From NCBI RefSeq assembly GCF_009914755.1, contig NC_060936.1: 64,000 bases of DNA, one strand, 5' to 3'. The notes beneath the pieces were generated by a model that was not told where the DNA came from, did no database searches, and saw only the letters and a program-made list of their open reading frames with translations. The stretch is from the human T2T-CHM13v2.0 reference genome, Homo sapiens. Made by a program: the position numbers and the translations under genes. Shown here in pieces: positions 1-14,130 of the stretch (position 1 is the first letter of the stretch; each line of letters begins with the position of its first letter).

Positions 1-378
1 AGCCTGGATTTCCCACATCTGCCAAGTGCTGTTTCTAATCTTCTGATGTCTGGCCCCAGGCAAAACAAGCACAAGCGTAGGCATCAACTCTGGCCTTGCC
101 AGGAAGTACATAAAAACTACTTGACTGTGGCCAAGTTAGAGAGATTCGGGCCAGGCCTTTGAGAATGATCAGTGTGACACAAGCATCACTGATGCAGAAA
201 AACATAAAGGACACGCAGATGACAGAACAAATTTTGAACAAAAATATTCTGTCAACCTATAACATACATCAGATGTACCAGCCAGGAGTCTGATTCTTTA
301 AAGGAAGAATTTCTCCAAGGCTGTATAAGCATATGTAACATCTAGACAGCTTTGTCGGTTTGTCTTCTGGAATTATAA

Positions 379-699
<321 letters not shown>

Positions 700-2108
700 T
701 ATGTATGATTTTGAACTCTGAGAACTTGGCATATAAAATATTAAGAGTAAGATAATGCAGGACATCCTATTAGTCTCAAAAATGACTGACTTTCTATTCA
801 TTTTGCAATTATAGAGCTTGTAGCTGAAAATTTATTATTACAATTTCATATTATTGATCATTTAATTCACTATAACATCCTGGTCAAAGCTTCAATACGA
901 TTCTCTCTGGCCTATGTATATAGCCTTCCTAGATCTTTATTTTACAATGCAAACAGTTGATGGAGTAAAACCAACTACCGATCTATTCCAGAAATCCTGT
1001 GAAATCTGTATATTTTCTGAGCCAGGAAAATCAATTATTTGTCTTTTCATTTTTCTAAGAAATACTAGAACATCACTGCAATATGCCTAGAACATTTTAA
1101 GAGAATCCAGTAATTATATTTTTATATGTAATAGTTGTATTACAACATAGAAAGGAAAGATCTTTACATAACTGAATAGTCACATAAAGTTAGCTGATGT
1201 GTAACGGAGTATAAAATATATTCTAGAATTTTGGTACTTGGGAAGTTGTGAATTTGCGTAGCCTTTTTCATTATACAGTTAATGCATTGCAATGTAAAGT
1301 AATGATTCCCTATACACTGAGGAGCTTCTCAGCGTTCTTTGCTGCAGAGAATTTTACTAACCTCCACAGTCATACTTTCCTTCTCTTAATGCCCTGATGA
1401 CAGTGACATCTGAACAGTTTTTCACAAAGTCTGGACAAATGCTTCATTAATATTGATGCTATTTTATAAAAAGATGTCTCATTCAGGTTTATATGCACCC
1501 ATTCTTTACTACCTTAATATAATCATTAGAATAAAAGTTGCTTTATTATAACAATGAAAACGACTGATAAGAGAGGCAGTCCCAGGAACTGTTAAAGAAA
1601 AAAATATCTTGATGGGTCTTTTTTTAATGCTTAAAATAACGTGATGAAAATTCAAGTTAAACCGAAACAGCTGGAACACAATCTAATTTCCTAAGTTATT
1701 TTTTCTAATATCTTTTTAAACATAATCCATTGCAGTCTTGGATTTCTTTACAACATAGAGGGCTTTTCACTAAACTATGTTTAGGGTCTTCTAGTCTTTT
1801 AAGTTATAATCACAAAGCAGCATAATTATCAGGCTTTCCTTGATTTTAAAATGAAATTTATGAAAAGTCCACATATATGATATTTTGAAAGTTATGAAAT
1901 GTATTAACAGTACGGTATTTCAAAAATAAATACAAATTTCAAATATGCTTGGTAACTTGGAACTTTTAATTTGTCTTTGTTACTATATGTAGATTTTCGT
2001 TATGTGTGTGCATACACAGAAACACACATAGAGTAGAGAAAAATTATTCTTAGGAAATAATAAATTTTTTTTTTAAGTTTTAAAAAATGCCTCAAAGTTT
2101 GTATCCCC

Positions 2109-2136
2109 AAACCTTATAGTTATAACTATAAGGTTT
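2109..2136. repeat. Perfect 28-bp palindrome AAACCTTATAGTTA|TAACTATAAGGTTT
   Basis: Read directly; no spacer; a third partial copy AACCTTATAGTTA at 2153-2165. Confidence 0.95.
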
Positions 2137-4317
2137 ATAGTTTAACTTAGTTAACCTTATAGTTAACTTGTATCTGAACAGCTGTGTGATACAATGCCTG
2201 ACATTTAGGAAGTGCTGTATGTATGTGGTATTGACATGCATGTATTTATGTGAATCGTTTTCTTGTATTTTAGATATTTTTTTCTAAAACCCAAATATAG
2301 AAACAAACCAACTTTTATCATAATCTCTAGTTGTTTAGAATAAATAATTTAAATACATGGAAATTATGTTTATTTATATTAGGGGCAATGATTCACAAAC
2401 ATTTTATGATCATGCTACAAAAAAGACACATTTGTCCTTGAGAATTTTTAAATGTCCTCAATTTTCTATATTCTTTGCCTTTTAACCAGTACTTATTTGG
2501 CTTCACAATTTAGCTGAACCAACTCAATATGGAAGATATGTACTAAAGTCAAGTTTATGAAGTTAATCTGTCTTACCTATAGATGGGTTTTATGCCTTTT
2601 ATTTCATTTTATTCCAAGTGCATTCAATCAGATTCAATAGTAATTTATGATTTAGAGTAGAAATGCCTTCTATTTTCAGGCTTTTTCAAGATCTAGGTAC
2701 ACAAAAATGAGCTTATCATTTAATTTGAGAATCAGACTCATAGTTGGGCATCATGGTCTCTTAACTAAGTATTCCAATTAACCAAGAGAGACCCAATATT
2801 TTTAGAGAACAACTGTTAATGAAATAGATCAGTTCTTTGTCTCTTCCTCAAATCTGTCATTAAATATCTGGGGCATATTTTTAAACCTATATTGAAAGCT
2901 TGGAAGTATTTGTTAAAGAGTTTACATGAGTTGTTGTTCATGAACTACTGTCTAAAGAGTCAATATAGATTTTGCTATTATAAATTGTTTTATTACCAGA
3001 CCGATTGTATGGAGTCCTTATTAGTATAGCATAGTATCTCCACATAGTTTGCCCTCCAAAATGTTTTTTTTTCATTAAGTATAGGATATAGTTTTAAAAT
3101 TAAGAACTGTAAACATATTATTTTGATTTTCCATACTGGAGATAGGATTGGTATAAAATTATGAATTTCTTCCAACCTTCCATTTGGACTCTTTACTATT
3201 ACTGAATTCTGTTTATTGTGAATGCAAAACATGGAATAATAAAATAGTCAAATTTCACACGACAGAGTCATAGGAAATGCCCTTCTCTCTCACTCCCCAA
3301 AAGACATATTCATTATAATGTTTATTATCCCCAGGCATGTTTCCCGAACATTTTTTAATTCTTTATTTATTCTCACAGTTATTGAGATCACGCAATATCT
3401 TGTCTTACATTTCTAAAACAGAAAAATATTTTTTCCATACTGGAATTGTTGGCTACCCTATTGATAACGGTGAAATGATAGATTGAAATAATCTGGCTAT
3501 ATTTCAAGAAGGAAACAAATATAGTCATTGGACTTATTGTAAGACCATCCAGCATATCTCTGGCTATTCATTTGAGATTAAACTGACATTACTGCATGTA
3601 TAAGTATAGGCCTCAATTTTTATCCTATAAAAAGGTAAATGTTACAAAATGCTTCTTTTTAATAGTTGAGTTTCATGATTGGTCCCTGCACGTTGGTGGA
3701 TGCTTTGACACATCAAGCTAGAAATTCCATTTCACAAAACAGAGCATTAAGTGTGTCCCACAATATTCTTTCTATTGATCTGGATTGTATGGGAATCTGA
3801 CTAGTTTTTTTTTCTTTCTGCTGAGTAACTTTAGATACGTCATATTAACTTTTCTGTAAAGTACATTAATAGTGTCCTACAGAGTCATTAGATAATAAAT
3901 AAGGAGAATATTAAAATGTAAATGCATGAAGCCACTGAAATGTGTCTTAATCTAACATAAAAACAAGTAGAAAGAAGTTATGTTTAGACTTTAATCAATA
4001 TGGCTCAGGTGTATAGATATTAGGTACTTTCTATTTCAAATTCAAAATGCGAATCTTTTTTCCCCCAAGAAAAATGGTTTTGTTGGCAGTTCTCTTTGCA
4101 TTGCAATTAAAATTCTTAAAGGCCAAGTCTTCTTAATGGCATTGAAAGAGTGAATTCATCTTTTTGACCTATGCCTTACTTTTGTGACCGGAATTATTTT
4201 TTTTTAGTTCACCTAATGAGAGTAATAAAAATCACACAGAAGGCGCATGGGAAATGTTTTTTGTTTTTGTTTCGATATAGTTATTTTTATTCTTAAAGCT
4301 TGTCTTTTATTTTGCAG

Positions 4318-4406
4318 TTACCTGTGGCAGATTCCATTAACTATTGTGGTAGGAAATAGAAGCCATGTGTCTTCAGAAGCAATTATTTGGGTGTCTAACA
4401 AATCAG
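4318..4406 (+). CDS. TRHDE: TRHDE coding exon (probably exon 10), 89 nt: YLWQIPLTIVVGNRSHVSSEAIIWVSNKS
   Basis: Acceptor ttttattttgcAG (4316-4317); donor CAG|GTAAAC (4407); phase 2 in, phase 1 out, matching the next exon (G+AG = Glu). Confidence 0.95.
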
Positions 4407-6017
4407 GTAAACTATATATTCTCCCCTGAGGAAGTATCTGGTTTCAGATAATTGTTTAGCAACTTAACCTCTGGTTTCAGCTGTTATAAAATGTGAATAA
4501 AGACAAATTAGAAAGAGAATATAAAGGAATGATTATCAACCCTATAAAATTAGATATAGTATAGTTTCTAAATAGTCTAATTTCAGTTTATATAATTACT
4601 AAATTATTTGTTTCTTTAATGGTAAAGAGAAAACTTAAAAATAAGTGTAATACTAATCTTAGGTGTTTAAAATTGTATTTCTTTATAACTCCACATGTAA
4701 TTAAAATATAATTATAACCTCAAAGAGAAGAGTGTGCCAAATACTGAAAACACAGGTCTCATTTTTACACTTTCCTATCTTCTCTTTACCAGACTGTCTC
4801 TTTAAAAGGTGAGAGAGGCAATATTCTCCATGGAATTATATAATTACAGGGCCAGAAGGTGGGGGGCTTGGACAGGTTAGCAAGCCATCTCTTAGGTGGG
4901 GTCAAACCTCAAGGAGCAGAGAGAGATGAGATTCTATTCTCTTTCTAAATATCTTCAAATAAGATAGTGACCTATTTCAATTTACTGTCAGAAAGCTATT
5001 TCTTGAATCCAAACTATAGCCTTCATTCTACAGTGTGAAACAGGTCCCTTTTATTTCTGTTTTCCACTGAGTTAGAGAAAAAGCCAATTATCATCTTTTA
5101 TGTAACATTTCATTTAGATTTAGATAGTCAAGTGTGCCCAGATATTGTTTTTCTTACTCCTTCCTCAGATGCTGTTAATTGATGTTATTTTGCTCTCTCA
5201 TAAGCCTTAGTTTAAAAAGCCACATATTTTTTATTTGAAATAGGGTGAGGTATAAATAAATAAACAAACACAGTTTCTTCTCCTCAGCCTTGCTATTATA
5301 AGGGAGGTTTACATGCTCAAAATACATATATGTATACATGCAAGAAAACGTTGTTACAGTAAAATCTAATCTGGTTGTCAGCAGTACGAACACTTACAGT
5401 TCCATGCAGATGTTTACATACATTTTCAGGTTATTGTATTTCTAACACATAAAGACATACGACGAAAACATATGCTTTTATTTATATACGCTGTATATGA
5501 AGCATTGATAAGTAATGTAGCAATGCATTGAAATACTTTAAAATTTGTTGGTGTTTTTTTCCTTTTAAATTGTTTATTATAATCTATTCTTTCAATTACT
5601 GGAATTAGTATTTATATTGTGATTCTGAATTCACACTTCCTGTATTATTTGATTTTGTATTTGTCTTTTCCTGTCATGTAGTTGTTTGTCTACATAAGTT
5701 GTTTGTGAAATGATGAGGGAGAGCAGTGAGTTGTTATAATGATCAAATTAGAAAGAAGTCATCGCTCTATAGGATTCCTGTGAGGTGTGATAGAACTATC
5801 TTCAGAAATAAGGTAGAATATTTTTCTTTGGAAGGTAGAATGGAAATGGGAAAATTAGAAGAGGGTAAAGATACTGATCAAACATGGGGATTAGCCCAAA
5901 ACTTCACTTTTAGATAGTGCAAGGATTCAGGATGAGTAATTCTGGTGGATACCTTTCCGGGTCCATTTCTTCTAACTTCTTAGTTATTTCCATGCTGTTA
6001 TGCATGATGTATTTTTA

Positions 6018-6359
<342 letters not shown>

Positions 6360-6542
6360 TAGTATACCAGCTTTCCTTGACCAATAGCCACGGGTTATGT
6401 TTGAGGGATTGCTTTCCTTTACAGTCTTTCATTATTATTCAAGAATAAAACAATGTATTGGTTCAAACCATATGTTTGCCTAAAATATCACCTATCTTGA
6501 TATGTGTGGTCCTAATATACAGCTGCAGCGTTTGCGCAGTAG

Positions 6543-6561
6543 ATAACTGTAGGAGGCGCTA
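6543..6561 (+). promoter_or_regulatory. Candidate CTCF binding site
   Basis: ATAACTGTAGGAGGCGCTA matches the 3' part of the CTCF core (CCASYAGRKGGCGCTA); 5 CpGs within 6529-6620 in otherwise CpG-poor non-Alu DNA. Confidence 0.45.
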
Positions 6562-7574
6562 TTTGCACAGGCGGTGATATGAATGGCACAGGCCCTCACC
6601 CCAAAGTTGTGTAAGGTGCGACTTGGACATTTTAATGAAAAAGGACACATTCATAGCACTATCTTCTGTTTGATATAACATTGCCACATTTAGAATGTTA
6701 AAACTTTTGCAGATTGCCCATACGAAGATAATGTTTCCTGAAAATTTTGTAAATACAAAAATCTGCAAAGTTTACAAGAGGCATCTAAAGGACTGAGCAC
6801 TTTCCTGTTTTGCCTTTTCAGTTCCAGTTTAATTGTATTAAATTTTTTTTATGAAGTCCTTCGTTCTGATGACTAATAAAAATTTAACAGCAAACAAAAA
6901 TTAGGAAAAAAAGATAAAAGATTGTTAATTTTTGTTTCCTTTTGTGTGTTGTCCCATCTCCTCTTTTTCAAGATATTGTCAACTAAATCACAATGAAAAC
7001 TGTTTTTCCACAAAAACATGAAGAAAAAATTCTGTTAAATTCTTTTAAACATATGTAAAACAGTTCCATATTTAATTATAACAATCAGGTCAATGTTTTT
7101 GTAGTTTTTCATTGTCCTTAGTGATGCAGATTTTATCTACATGATATTAAGGCAGTCAGTGGTGGATAATATAAAGTACAAATTAGATTTGGATCGTCCT
7201 ATATTCTTGTCAGTTCAATTTTTGAAAGTACTTTGGATAAATATTTAATTAATGCCAAGGTAAAGCATAGATCATTTTAGCCTAAAAATAATTTTTAAAC
7301 CAATTTTTCAGTTTTAGAAAACAGGTTGAAGTGTTTATCTTTTTCATTCTTATTATGCAAATACCAAAAATTCAGACATTTGTAAATGTAGTAGCTTGCA
7401 TGTTGACTGGCTATTCAATTAACGGTTCATGGAGAGGAATAAATGTAATGCCAAATGTTAGGAAAGAAAATATTAAAATAGAAGAGAAATTGATCCTGAA
7501 AATTAAAGCAAACATGAAAAGTAGCATAATGCAGTAGTGCTTTCTTGAAGCACTGGTTTATTTGAGATTCACAA

Positions 7575-7721
7575 CCTTTCAAATGTGCATTATTTTGTCC
7601 CCATTTTACAAATGAGGAAATTAAGGCTTGAGAAGTAATTTGTCCAAAATATCAGTTGATTACGTAAAGAGGTGGCTTTAGAAAGTTGGCTTCCTTTGCT
7701 TCCTACCGTTCCCCTGACTCT

Positions 7722-7722
<1 letters not shown>
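7575..7722 (-). mobile_element. MIR
   Basis: Core CCCATTTTACAAATGAGGAAATTAAGGC..AAGTAATTTGTCCAA. Confidence 0.7.

Positions 7723-7725
<3 letters not shown>

Positions 7726-7777
<52 letters not shown>
7726..7777. repeat. Perfect (AC)26 microsatellite
   Basis: 52 uninterrupted bases of AC. Confidence 0.97.
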
Positions 7778-7779
<2 letters not shown>

Positions 7780-10700
7780 TTTATTGCTATGGTAGATTGC
7801 TTTACGGATCTGTCAGTTATTTAATATGATGTCTTTGATATGCACAGGATTCTTTATAGGTTTTACAAAATATCCTCATTTGATTTTCACAAAATTCGAG
7901 TGAGAAGACCAGTATGTATTATTTTCCCTGAGTTTGTCTCACATTTTTACTCTGGTTGACCTTTTTAAAAAATTTTTAAATTCCAATTCTTTGCAACCGG
8001 CAAATATTGCATAGAGATACCTAATCTCTTTTCCCTTTTTATTCCAACAGAAAGTAAAAAATATAAAATCTTATAAAATACCAACTACTCCGTACCTCAA
8101 TAGTCTAAGCCTTGTGCCATTTTGGATACATTCTAAATATATTTTTTAATTATTATTGCCAGCATCAAGATATAACTTCCATACATTTTATTATGGTACT
8201 CATCAAATACCATACCTCATTAGGCCATTGGAAAAGATCTCTTTAAAATTCATTGCTTGCCATCATTTAATTTGAAGAACATTTTAGGGATATAATTAAC
8301 TAGAACTGAAAAGATAGTTAAAAATCTATTACAAAAATTTTCAGGGAATCATTTCTCCAGCGATCTCGTTTGTAACAAAGGCATAAAAATATTCATGAAC
8401 AGTAATAACCTTCAGGTTTTAGTAGTAAATTTAATAATGACATACTTAAGAACAATAGAGGCCTGTCTTTCTTATTCTGGTCAGATGGTGTAGAAGGTAC
8501 AGCAATTATTTTCCTATTTTAATATACATATTAACTTAAATTTGACTATATCATATCTATAAGTTGTTGAAATTAAGTTTAAAAACTAGATTCAAGCAAA
8601 TCAAATGGGGCTAAGTTATTCTAGTTATCTAAAATGTGAACAGGAAATAACTTTAAAAATATAGTTACTGTTACAGGAATGCATGACCATTTCAAACTTG
8701 TAAAAATCCAAAGTATGTGTTTATATATTAAACTTGGTGCTTTAACATTATAACTTTTTGAAAAAAATAACACTTCTTAGATAAAATTTATCAACTTAGC
8801 TCAAGTGAATTCAAGTAGATTTTAAATATTTTGTGTTATAAAAATCTTAGTATACTTGAAGACACTTAGAGATTAATTAATTCTGCCTTCAAGGTTGCTA
8901 AGGTTTTTACAATAAAAAAGAAACAACATTCTCAATATTTAAGTTTCAATTTTCATTCACCGAATTCAGACATTATTAATTAAGATCTCTGTTTTGAGGT
9001 TATTTTAATTTTAAAGAATGGTATTTTCTCGTTTATTTATGTAGTCATTTTTACATCTTTAAAATAGATATGAAATTCTAAATTTTTGCAGCAATTGTTT
9101 GAATAAACACACTAAATTTTGAAAACTATACAATCATAGTTCTGGAGACTGGATAAATCATTTGCATTTTAGAAAAAATATCTGATGATTTATTTTTCTG
9201 AGTTCCATGGATTAAGTATAGTATATAAAAATAGTACATATAAATGTCTTCTTCCATTGAATCATAGATTTGGAAAGAACCTTAAGGGCCATTATTTGTC
9301 CCTCAGGTTACAAGTAAGGAAATTGAGGACCAAAGAGAATCAATAGCATAAATTTAAACACTTACGTATAGGAAAGCTGAGACAAGAATTTAGCTTTTCT
9401 TGTACTCTAGTACTCTTGTACTATAAAAGAATATAGTACTCTAATTCTTTTTCCAGTGCCATTTTCTCCCTTTCAAATCAACATTAGAATGTGAAAAATG
9501 TATATCATATTATAGTAAAAGTGTTATACCATCTTGTATCAATAGAATATAGCATAGTAAAAATTTGGACACTGAAGGCAGGAGATATAAGATGAACCAC
9601 TTCCTTTCTTGGGTAATTCAATTAACCTGTCTGAGCCTTATTTCTTTATCTGTTCTAATAGACACAATTTATAAAGGTGGTGGGAAGTTGTGATATTAGA
9701 AATGATAAAGATTAAATTTTTATATTCAGTATACTTTGGGGTAGAAGTACATTCTATTTTACTGCAGATTTAAAAAAATTGATCATCTATAATATGCATT
9801 GGGTTTATTAGTTCACTTCATTCCAGACCTGAGAAATGAATGGTCATTTATGTCCACCCAATATGTTTTCTGGTATAAACTCTTCTTGTGTAGTCTCTAC
9901 TTGAGAGAGAGTACTCTGTAAATGTATTCCTTCAAGGTAATGAGAGGGAAAATTTATTTTCTATTTTGAAGTCTGAATGTGTAAAAACTTTGACATTGGA
10001 GTAAGAACTAGAGATGTATCCCTACTCAGACCAGAAGCTTATGGTTTCTGTGATGCCTTTTATGGTTCTGAGTCATTGTAGAAATTAGAGGAGACCCATG
10101 TGGTTTTGATTTTTTTTCACCTGGATGTCAGACTATGTATGTCTGTGCGTATGTGTATACATTTAAAGTCAACTTCACTGTGTCAATTTTATGTAACATG
10201 AGACCTGAAAATCAACAACATAATTATTAGAACTGTGAACTGTGTTTCCATGGAGTCAATAAAGGCTACATGTGCAGTGAATAGTGTCCTCGCTCTGTAC
10301 TATTTTTGAAGGAGTTAAATATGTAAGAAGTTATAATATTGTTTTTACTTTTTATTGGCTTCTGTTAATTGAATTAGCTGGTGAGGATAATCAAATTACC
10401 ATTTTCCAAAGTGATCCCAATAAGCAGAATTTATTATCTTTGTTTCTAATTCTATATGGAAATATTAAAATCTTGAACAAGTAAGATTTATTTTACTAGC
10501 ATTATTGATGATGTTGAAAAGTCTGTTATTTATTAGTTCTCTCAAGAAAGCACAAGAAAAAGGCAAACAACAGTGACTTTCAAGTAAATGAGCTCTATTG
10601 TTTTAATATTTTCTTACTGAATCAAATTAGTAGAATATGCATCTAAAACCTCTTCTTTCATTCTAGTGTCATATCCCCATACGATCTAATTAGAAGTTGC

Positions 10701-11013
10701 CTGAATACAGTGGTAGATTTCTAGGTTACAGTTACTTTGAGAAAGAAAATTATGTATAAGTAATGGGGTTTTGTCAAGAACAAAAATGCTAATTATAAGA
10801 AAACAATTAATTGAGATGATAGTGAGTAACCAATTAAAAGTTTTTCTAGCAAATTCTAGATGCAAGTGATTAATTAAAGAGTAGGCTTCAATTAGGTATT
10901 TAAGATGACATTCACTTAATTATTGGTATTGTTATATCTGGCGTTAAGAAAACATACTTCATTTCATTTTAACTCTTAAAGTTTGAAATCTATCCCAAAA
11001 ATGCTTTTTTCAG

Positions 11014-11147
11014 AGCACCACAGAATAACTTATTTGGACAAAGGAAGCTGGCTGCTGGGGAACATCAATCAAACTGGCTATTTTAGAGTCAACTATGACC
11101 TAAGGAACTGGAGATTATTAATTGATCAATTAATCCGGAATCATGAG
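11014..11147 (+). CDS. TRHDE: TRHDE coding exon (probably exon 11), 134 nt: [45 protein letters not shown]
   Basis: Acceptor ttttttcAG (11012-11013); donor GAG|GTACAC (11148); contains the conserved M1 GYFRVNYD motif. Confidence 0.96.
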
Positions 11148-11245
11148 GTACACTCCAGATTTGCTTATCAAAGATAATTTTTGGTATGTGAACACCTACC
11201 ATTTTAATCCTAAATTATCCTATTATTTTTTCTAATTGGCCTCAG

Positions 11246-11301
11246 GTTCTTTCTGTCAGTAACCGAGCGGGCTTGATCGATGATGCCTTCAGCCTAGCCA
11301 G
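11246..11301 (+). CDS. TRHDE: TRHDE coding exon (probably exon 12), 56 nt: VLSVSNRAGLIDDAFSLA(R)
   Basis: Follows a 98-nt intron; acceptor cctcAG (11244-11245); donor CAG|GTATGT (11302); conserved NRA.LIDDAF.LAR motif; too short for the ORF track. Confidence 0.95.
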
Positions 11302-13009
11302 GTATGTTTTCCTGTGGATCTCCCCAATAAAAACTTGTGCCTGCAAGACTTCCTGTATTAAACTGCATAATATGTATATGTCTTTTATTTAGGACATTTA
11401 AAAAAATCTATTTCTATCTTATGTTCTTTGACTTTGGATATGAGTTCTAATTAGTCTCCCAAACTTTCTATCAATAATAGCTATAGGGTATTTCTAAGTC
11501 AGGATAAGCTTGATGAATTTCACCACAAGGTCGATTTAACACTGAAGATTAATAGTCTCTTCCCAAATTCATTAATGAACTCTATAAAGTGACCATTGGG
11601 CCATATTTAAGTTCTGATAGAAATTACCTTGAAGCATTGGCAATTTTTCCCTGATGTATACTAGTATATCTTTTAAAAATGTTTTTGAATGTTATTCATT
11701 CTAAGAAGCTTATGCTGCAAAACAGAATTAAATATTCCACTGGGTAAGACCGTTCTTGACAAAATATATATCAATCTTGTAGAAGACTTTAGTTGTACTA
11801 TAGTAATATTTGTGTTATTTTAATAATTAGATTTATAATATTCAAATTAGTTATTCCTTTGAATAGTCATTAAATGAAATGTTGCTCATAAACTGAAGCT
11901 ATTTGCTCAATTTTGAGACTAAAATGTAAAACAAACTCAGTCCCTTTAATATTTCATACTGTTTCACAGCCAAGTACAGTTTTAATTTTAAAAATCAAAT
12001 TATACAAGCTGTCAATTAAGACAGGTGACTCTCTTTACTTACCTGGTTATCATGATTTACCACATTTTCTTCTAAGATAATCAGGGGAAACTGGTTAGTT
12101 AGTAGTGCTGATATTAACACATGACTTATTTTAGTAATAGGCTTTTTTTCATGGGACCTGAAACTGCTTTTACAGTTTATGTATTCAATCAAAATTCAAT
12201 TCTCTTCCATATGTTAAAAAGCATATTACACACTACAGGATTCTAATCCATCAAAATAATAAGCTTACACATAGAAGACTTGATAATTACTTTGATAGAA
12301 GCAAAGCCAAAGTTTGGGATCAAATTACAGAGATTGATTTTTGTAGAAACAAGCAATATAGAGGGGACAACATAAATATATAGAGGGTAAAGGAAAAAAT
12401 TTCAGGTGCTTTTCTATTTAAAAAAATACTCTGACTTTTGCCTCCCTTATTGCTACTAAAGAAATAAAAAACATTGCTAATATTTTTCTTATTTGGTGAG
12501 TGATGCTGTATCAGTGCCTCATTCTGACCAGGCATGTACAATTTTAGGCACATATTTGCCTAATAATTGAATGGCAAATCTAAGGACAACTTATCAACAA
12601 CGTGGAAATTGCTAATGAAATTGTACCAATTAATGTATTTGTGTAATAAGAACTGGGGTTCAGTTCTAGTAAAGATAAACGAAGGCTTTTCCATGCCATA
12701 GCACCATCTTATTGGGCAAAAATTTAGAAATAATAGAGCTACATAAAGGCCTGCTGAATCATGTGTGGAGATAATGATTAATATGTGGCTTTTGCTCTGC
12801 AGTAAAATCTGAAGTCTTTGTAGAAAGTTTTATGTACGAAAGAAAGATTATTTTGGCACAGAAGTTTAGAGAGTCCAGCAAGCCAGAAGGATAATGTATT
12901 TAATGTGATAATGTACTGAAAGAGAAGCAGAAAAAGAGAGAGTGAGGTGTTGAGTACCACAAAGAAAGGGTAAGGAACTCAAAGAAAGCTGTTTTCATTA
13001 GCTAAGAAT

Positions 13010-13240
13010 TATTTAGCACTTTTAAGGAGCCAAATGCTTTTCTATTTTATATATAGTAATTTGTTTAATTTTCACAACTTTATAAGATATGTAGATAGAT
13101 ATTATTACTATTCCCACTCTAAGTGTGAGGAAATGGAAGCTCAGAGAGGTCACACAGCTGATAATTGGGAGAGCCACAGCCTGGATCCAGGTGGTCTGTC
13201 TTCAGAGCCTCTGCCATTAACCAGAGCGCTAAGCTGCTTC
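13010..13240 (-). mobile_element. MIR
   Basis: GTAGATAGATATTATTACTATTCCCACT..GAGGAAATGGAAGCTCAGAGAGGTCACACAGCT. Confidence 0.7.
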
Positions 13241-13899
13241 TTAGAAGTAATAGTATTTATTGTAATAAAAGAGCCAGAGGATATAGAAGGACTGAGGGGT
13301 TTCGAGGCAGTCGTTCATGTGAATCGTTACGGGTTTGAAATGATGGTGAGAAAGCAAGTAAGTAGTGATAGCCTAATGACAGAGGCCAGATGGAAATTAA
13401 AAGGAAGGGATCTGTTGACTCATCTGCATTAAATGATATAAGTTATTTTTAGATGAAATATTTTATTTAATTTTAGTGGATAAATTTCTTTTTCAAAAAT
13501 TAGGTTTCTTCTTCCCTAAGACAGAACATTGCTTTCAATTCCAATTTTGCATGCTTTCAATTACAATTTTGGGAGCCTTAAAAGTTGAAGTAAATAATTT
13601 CATGATCATTTGTATAAATTCACCAGAAAAACATGGAATCTCATTGAATATATATTTATAATTTGTTTTATTGCTCAAGAGATAATTTTTCTATTACAGT
13701 AAGAGTAAATAAATACAAATTTAGATTCATTTAGGCAAATTCTCTGGTCTTACTTGGAGTTAAGGATTATTCATATTTCATTGTAGTATTGTAAATATTC
13801 CATAGTTTTGCTGTTCAGTCTATATCAACCTTCTCTCAATCTCCTAAACACATCGTGCACTCTTTGGCTTCTTTAAAGATAACACATAAAAGAATAGCA

Positions 13900-14130
13900 A
13901 ATATTTATTAAATACTTATGCTCCAGGTACTGTTCTGATGCTTTTATGAATGATCTCCATCAGTCTTCTCAATGAACCAGTGGAGTGGGTGTGGTTACTT
14001 GTTGACATTTTATAGCTGAGGCATTGAGATTAAGAGAGGTTAAGTTGCTTAGGTAAGGCGGCACAGCTTTTGGAGCAGGGGTGGAGGAAGTAGTTCAACC
14101 CCAAAGAGTGACACAGCAGAGTCCATGACC
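13900..14130 (-). mobile_element. MIR
   Basis: ATATTTATTAAATACTTATGCTCCAGGTACTGTTCT..CATTTTATAGCTGAGGCATTGAGATTAAGAGAGGTTAAG. Confidence 0.6.

Noticed and set aside
11011-11015. Tandem acceptor CAGAG (also TAGAG at 57405-57409) as NAGNAG splicing
   Set aside because: The AGs are 2 nt apart, so use of the distal one would frameshift; only the proximal AG keeps the frame.
13034-13432. 132-aa ORF, the longest in the track
   Set aside because: It runs through a MIR, has no recognisable domain and no supporting splice structure; consistent with a chance ORF.
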